From Halocafeteria seosinensis (taxonomy: Eukaryota): a DNA stretch of 23,124 nucleotides. Below are positions 20,863-23,124 of this stretch, piece by piece. The translations under genes were made by a program, and so were the position numbers. The notes beneath the pieces were generated by a model, which worked only from the letters and a program-made list of their open reading frames with translations, ran no database searches and had not been told where the DNA came from. Position 1 is the first letter of the stretch, and each line of letters opens with the position of its first letter. Location: assembly GCA_001687465.1 (NCBI GenBank), contig LVLI01000101.1, positions 372,001 through 395,124 on the forward strand, given 5' to 3'.

Positions 20863-22158
20863 ATGTTGAGACAAGCGTTGAACTGGGGGCATCAAGTCCC
20901 ATTAGGCATGTCTCCGGCGCTCATGCCTCCGGCAGCTTATAGGCTTCTCACATGGAGGAGTTCTTCTCCGACGATGCTCCTCCTCCGGAGTGGAACCATT
21001 CGGAAAGGAGAATACGCAGTGGTTGGAGTAGCAGGCATTTATCATCACCCCTCCGCCCCTGGCGCTGGCGCAAAAAGACTTTTTACGACGGACGGAGCCA
21101 AAAACCTCAAGACAGGATGGTCTAATTACCCTCCTGGGTTCTTGGACAGTGTCAAACGCCCTTCCTATGGAGTTCCACTGCCTCCACCGGGACGCCCTCC
21201 AATCAAATTTAGCTTCCGGAATGGTTTCGTATACGCCGGCCTGGTATTCGTGGTACTGGCTGTCATACTCATACGCCGGGGCAATTCCGTTCGGAAGAAG
21301 CAGGAGAGATCCAAGAAAGCGTACTTAAAGTCGGCCGAAAAGAAGATTGGCTACTCTGCATTTGAGAATGTGAATAATGGAAAAGTCGCCGTCTCATGTG
21401 GAAAACCAGTGACGAACTTAACAGGGTACTTGGAACCTCAGCCACTCTTCAAGTGGACCGAGAGTACTGCTATTCAGGGGCAAAATCCACCAGAAGACTC
21501 ACCAGGCTCTGCGACGGAGAAACCAACTGTTTATACACTGAAGATCAAGTTTTCGTCGGTGAGGAACCCTATCACCCAAATACACCATTTGTTGGAGCAG
21601 AGTTTACAAGTAGAAGGGAGTTATGGGCTGTTCTTGAACCCAGACATATTCAGGCAGATTTGTTCCGATAAGAACGATTCTGTAATTACTATTCCCCAGA
21701 CGGGGATCTCCACGAACTCGGAAAATACAACAGAACGGCATTCATATGATTTCGTAGCCATTAGTGATTCGAAGGAGACTCTGGAACGTTTACAGTCAGT
21801 TCTGGGATACTGGGCATGTGAGAAGCTCCAAGTAGAAGCAAATTCGGTTGACTCCAATCCCCAGTTTTTGAAGCAGAAGGAAGAAAACAAGAGCAAAAGT
21901 GGTTACTCCTTATCTCTCCTTCATCCTGCTGGTTGCTCATTCGCTTCTCTGTTGCGTGAGGATTCACCTGCGTTTAACCTGGATCGTAAGAATGCGTGCG
22001 TGAGGATAGTGGGCAACGGCGAAGGAGAAAAAGGCGAAAGTTTTATTTTGTCAGACGGACGTGAGAGGTTGAACACCGCAGACGGAGGCACCCTGGAGTG
22101 GTACTTTGCCCCCTCAGTAGGCCAAGTCAAAAGCATCGTTAAAGATGATGGGATTTAG
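20863..22158 (+). CDS. Intronless hypothetical protein, ~431 aa, with a possible mitochondrial presequence and one TM helix
   Basis: Long open frame with the first in-frame ATG at 20863 (ACCATG). The N-terminus MLRQALNW...YRLLTWRSSS...LLLRS is Arg/Leu/Ser-rich and acid-poor. One hydrophobic stretch (FVYAGLVFVVLAVILI) is followed by a basic cluster. No family recognised. Confidence 0.7.
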   Translation: MLRQALNWGHQVPLGMSPALMPPAAYRLLTWRSSSPTMLLLRSGTIRKGEYAVVGVAGIYHHPSAPGAGAKRLFTTDGAKNLKTGWSNYPPGFLDSVKRPSYGVPLPPPGRPPIKFSFRNGFVYAGLVFVVLAVILIRRGNSVRKKQERSKKAYLKSAEKKIGYSAFENVNNGKVAVSCGKPVTNLTGYLEPQPLFKWTESTAIQGQNPPEDSPGSATEKPTVYTLKIKFSSVRNPITQIHHLLEQSLQVEGSYGLFLNPDIFRQICSDKNDSVITIPQTGISTNSENTTERHSYDFVAISDSKETLERLQSVLGYWACEKLQVEANSVDSNPQFLKQKEENKSKSGYSLSLLHPAGCSFASLLREDSPAFNLDRKNACVRIVGNGEGEKGESFILSDGRERLNTADGGTLEWYFAPSVGQVKSIVKDDGI

Positions 22159-22229
22159 CTCTAGTCCTCACACGCTAGATGAGCGAATGGGTATGATGCC
22201 CGTTTCATGATCATCATTTTTTGTGAGTG

Positions 22230-23093
22230 TCAGTCTTCGTCCTTACTCTCCTCTTTTGGAGAGTTTAACAATCGCCTTGATAACTCTTTTGACAGAGCAC
22301 CGCTGTTTTCTGTGAGTCGCCCCTCTAGCAGGCCCTTACTGAGACTTCGTCGCAAAACCCGTTTCAACTTTATCGATGTGCTAACCAGATTTTTTAACTT
22401 TGTAAGGGGAGACAAAGCTGATTCCATATCTGCGGACGTAACTTCTATCAACGCCGAAAGCGGTTCATTGCTTCCAGGTTCAGCAACGCTTCGAGCCTCC
22501 CGAGTGATCCATCTGTAAGCACGCAGTATGAGGTGTTGGCATAGGGGCAACTTCTCCTGGTACGAAACGACTTACTTGAGCTCTCGAAGATGGGTTGCTG
22601 ATGGTCGTTCTTCAGGCTTTTTATTTAGGCACTGTTTTATAAAATCTTGTAGCTCCTCACTACAAGATAAGAGTCTGTCTGCTACGTTTGTCGCTCCCTC
22701 CATGATGATGCTGTTGAGCTGAATTTCCGTGAGGGTTGGTTTCACAGCCTGAAGTGGGTGCTCTCCAGTGAGGAAGATGAATAATGTGCACCCTAGTGCC
22801 CAAATGTCTGCTTTCATCGCTGAATACTTTTCTCCAGTACAGCATTCGGGGGCACGGAAAGCAGGGCTTCCGGAACTGCTACTCAACCAATCGTCGGCTT
22901 CTTTTTCGAGGAGAAGAGCACAGCCCAAATCCGCGAGACAAACCCTGACTTCTTCCATTTTATCTGGAGTTCCATCCATACCTTTACGTTCTGCAAATTG
23001 AAGCAGATCAGGTATTACAAATAGGTGGTCTATGCTGCACAGGGTGCCTTACGTTCTACCGGCATGGCTAAGATGTTTTCAGGTTTGATATCT
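22230..23093 (-). CDS. Ser/Thr protein kinase, CaMKK/GRIK/LKB1-like, 3' portion (5' exons lie beyond the right edge); exons 23093-23053, 22990-22576, 22512-22230
   Basis: Catalytic loop DIKPENIL lies in a 41-nt exon, followed by LADLG, GSPAFRAPEC, KADIWALGCTLF and PEERPSA...KWI. Introns of 62 and 63 nt are frame-consistent. GS/TPAFxAPEC is characteristic of CaMKK-group kinases. Confidence 0.85.
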
Positions 23094-23124
23094 CTGTTTC
23101 CGATAAATATAAACAACGAGCTTA

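Noticed and set aside
1..23124. Prokaryotic operon, CRISPR array, transposon or viral insert
   Set aside because: Spliceosomal introns and eukaryote-specific genes occur throughout. No spaced direct repeats, terminal repeats or transposase/RT/capsid motifs were seen.

Overview
Gene-dense eukaryotic, probably protist, genomic DNA. The lineage cannot be fixed from sequence alone. Genes carry short GT-AG introns (57-106 nt, except in the ribosomal protein gene), so the raw ORF track fragments most of them. I rebuilt 11 protein-coding genes by hand with frame-consistent splice junctions: a partial PAM2/RGG protein (-), an LtrA-like membrane protein (+), an RBBP6/Mpe1-like protein (-), ribosomal protein eL43/RPL37A (+), a DIX-like + ELMO-domain protein (-), nuclear actin-related Arp4 (+), a four-CX9C NDUFA8-like protein (+), two tandem ~1,140-aa multi-pass membrane patatin/cPLA2-fold phospholipases with bacterial-type motifs (-), an intronless single-TM unknown protein (+) and the 3' part of a CaMKK/GRIK-like kinase (-). 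The most interesting items are the tandem membrane phospholipase pair, the DIX-ELMO fusion, an RBBP6 lacking its zinc knuckle and with a degenerate RING, and two oversized hairpin-rich introns in RPL37A. No rRNA, tRNA, CRISPR array or mobile element was recognised. All family assignments come from motif recognition by eye, not from database searches.
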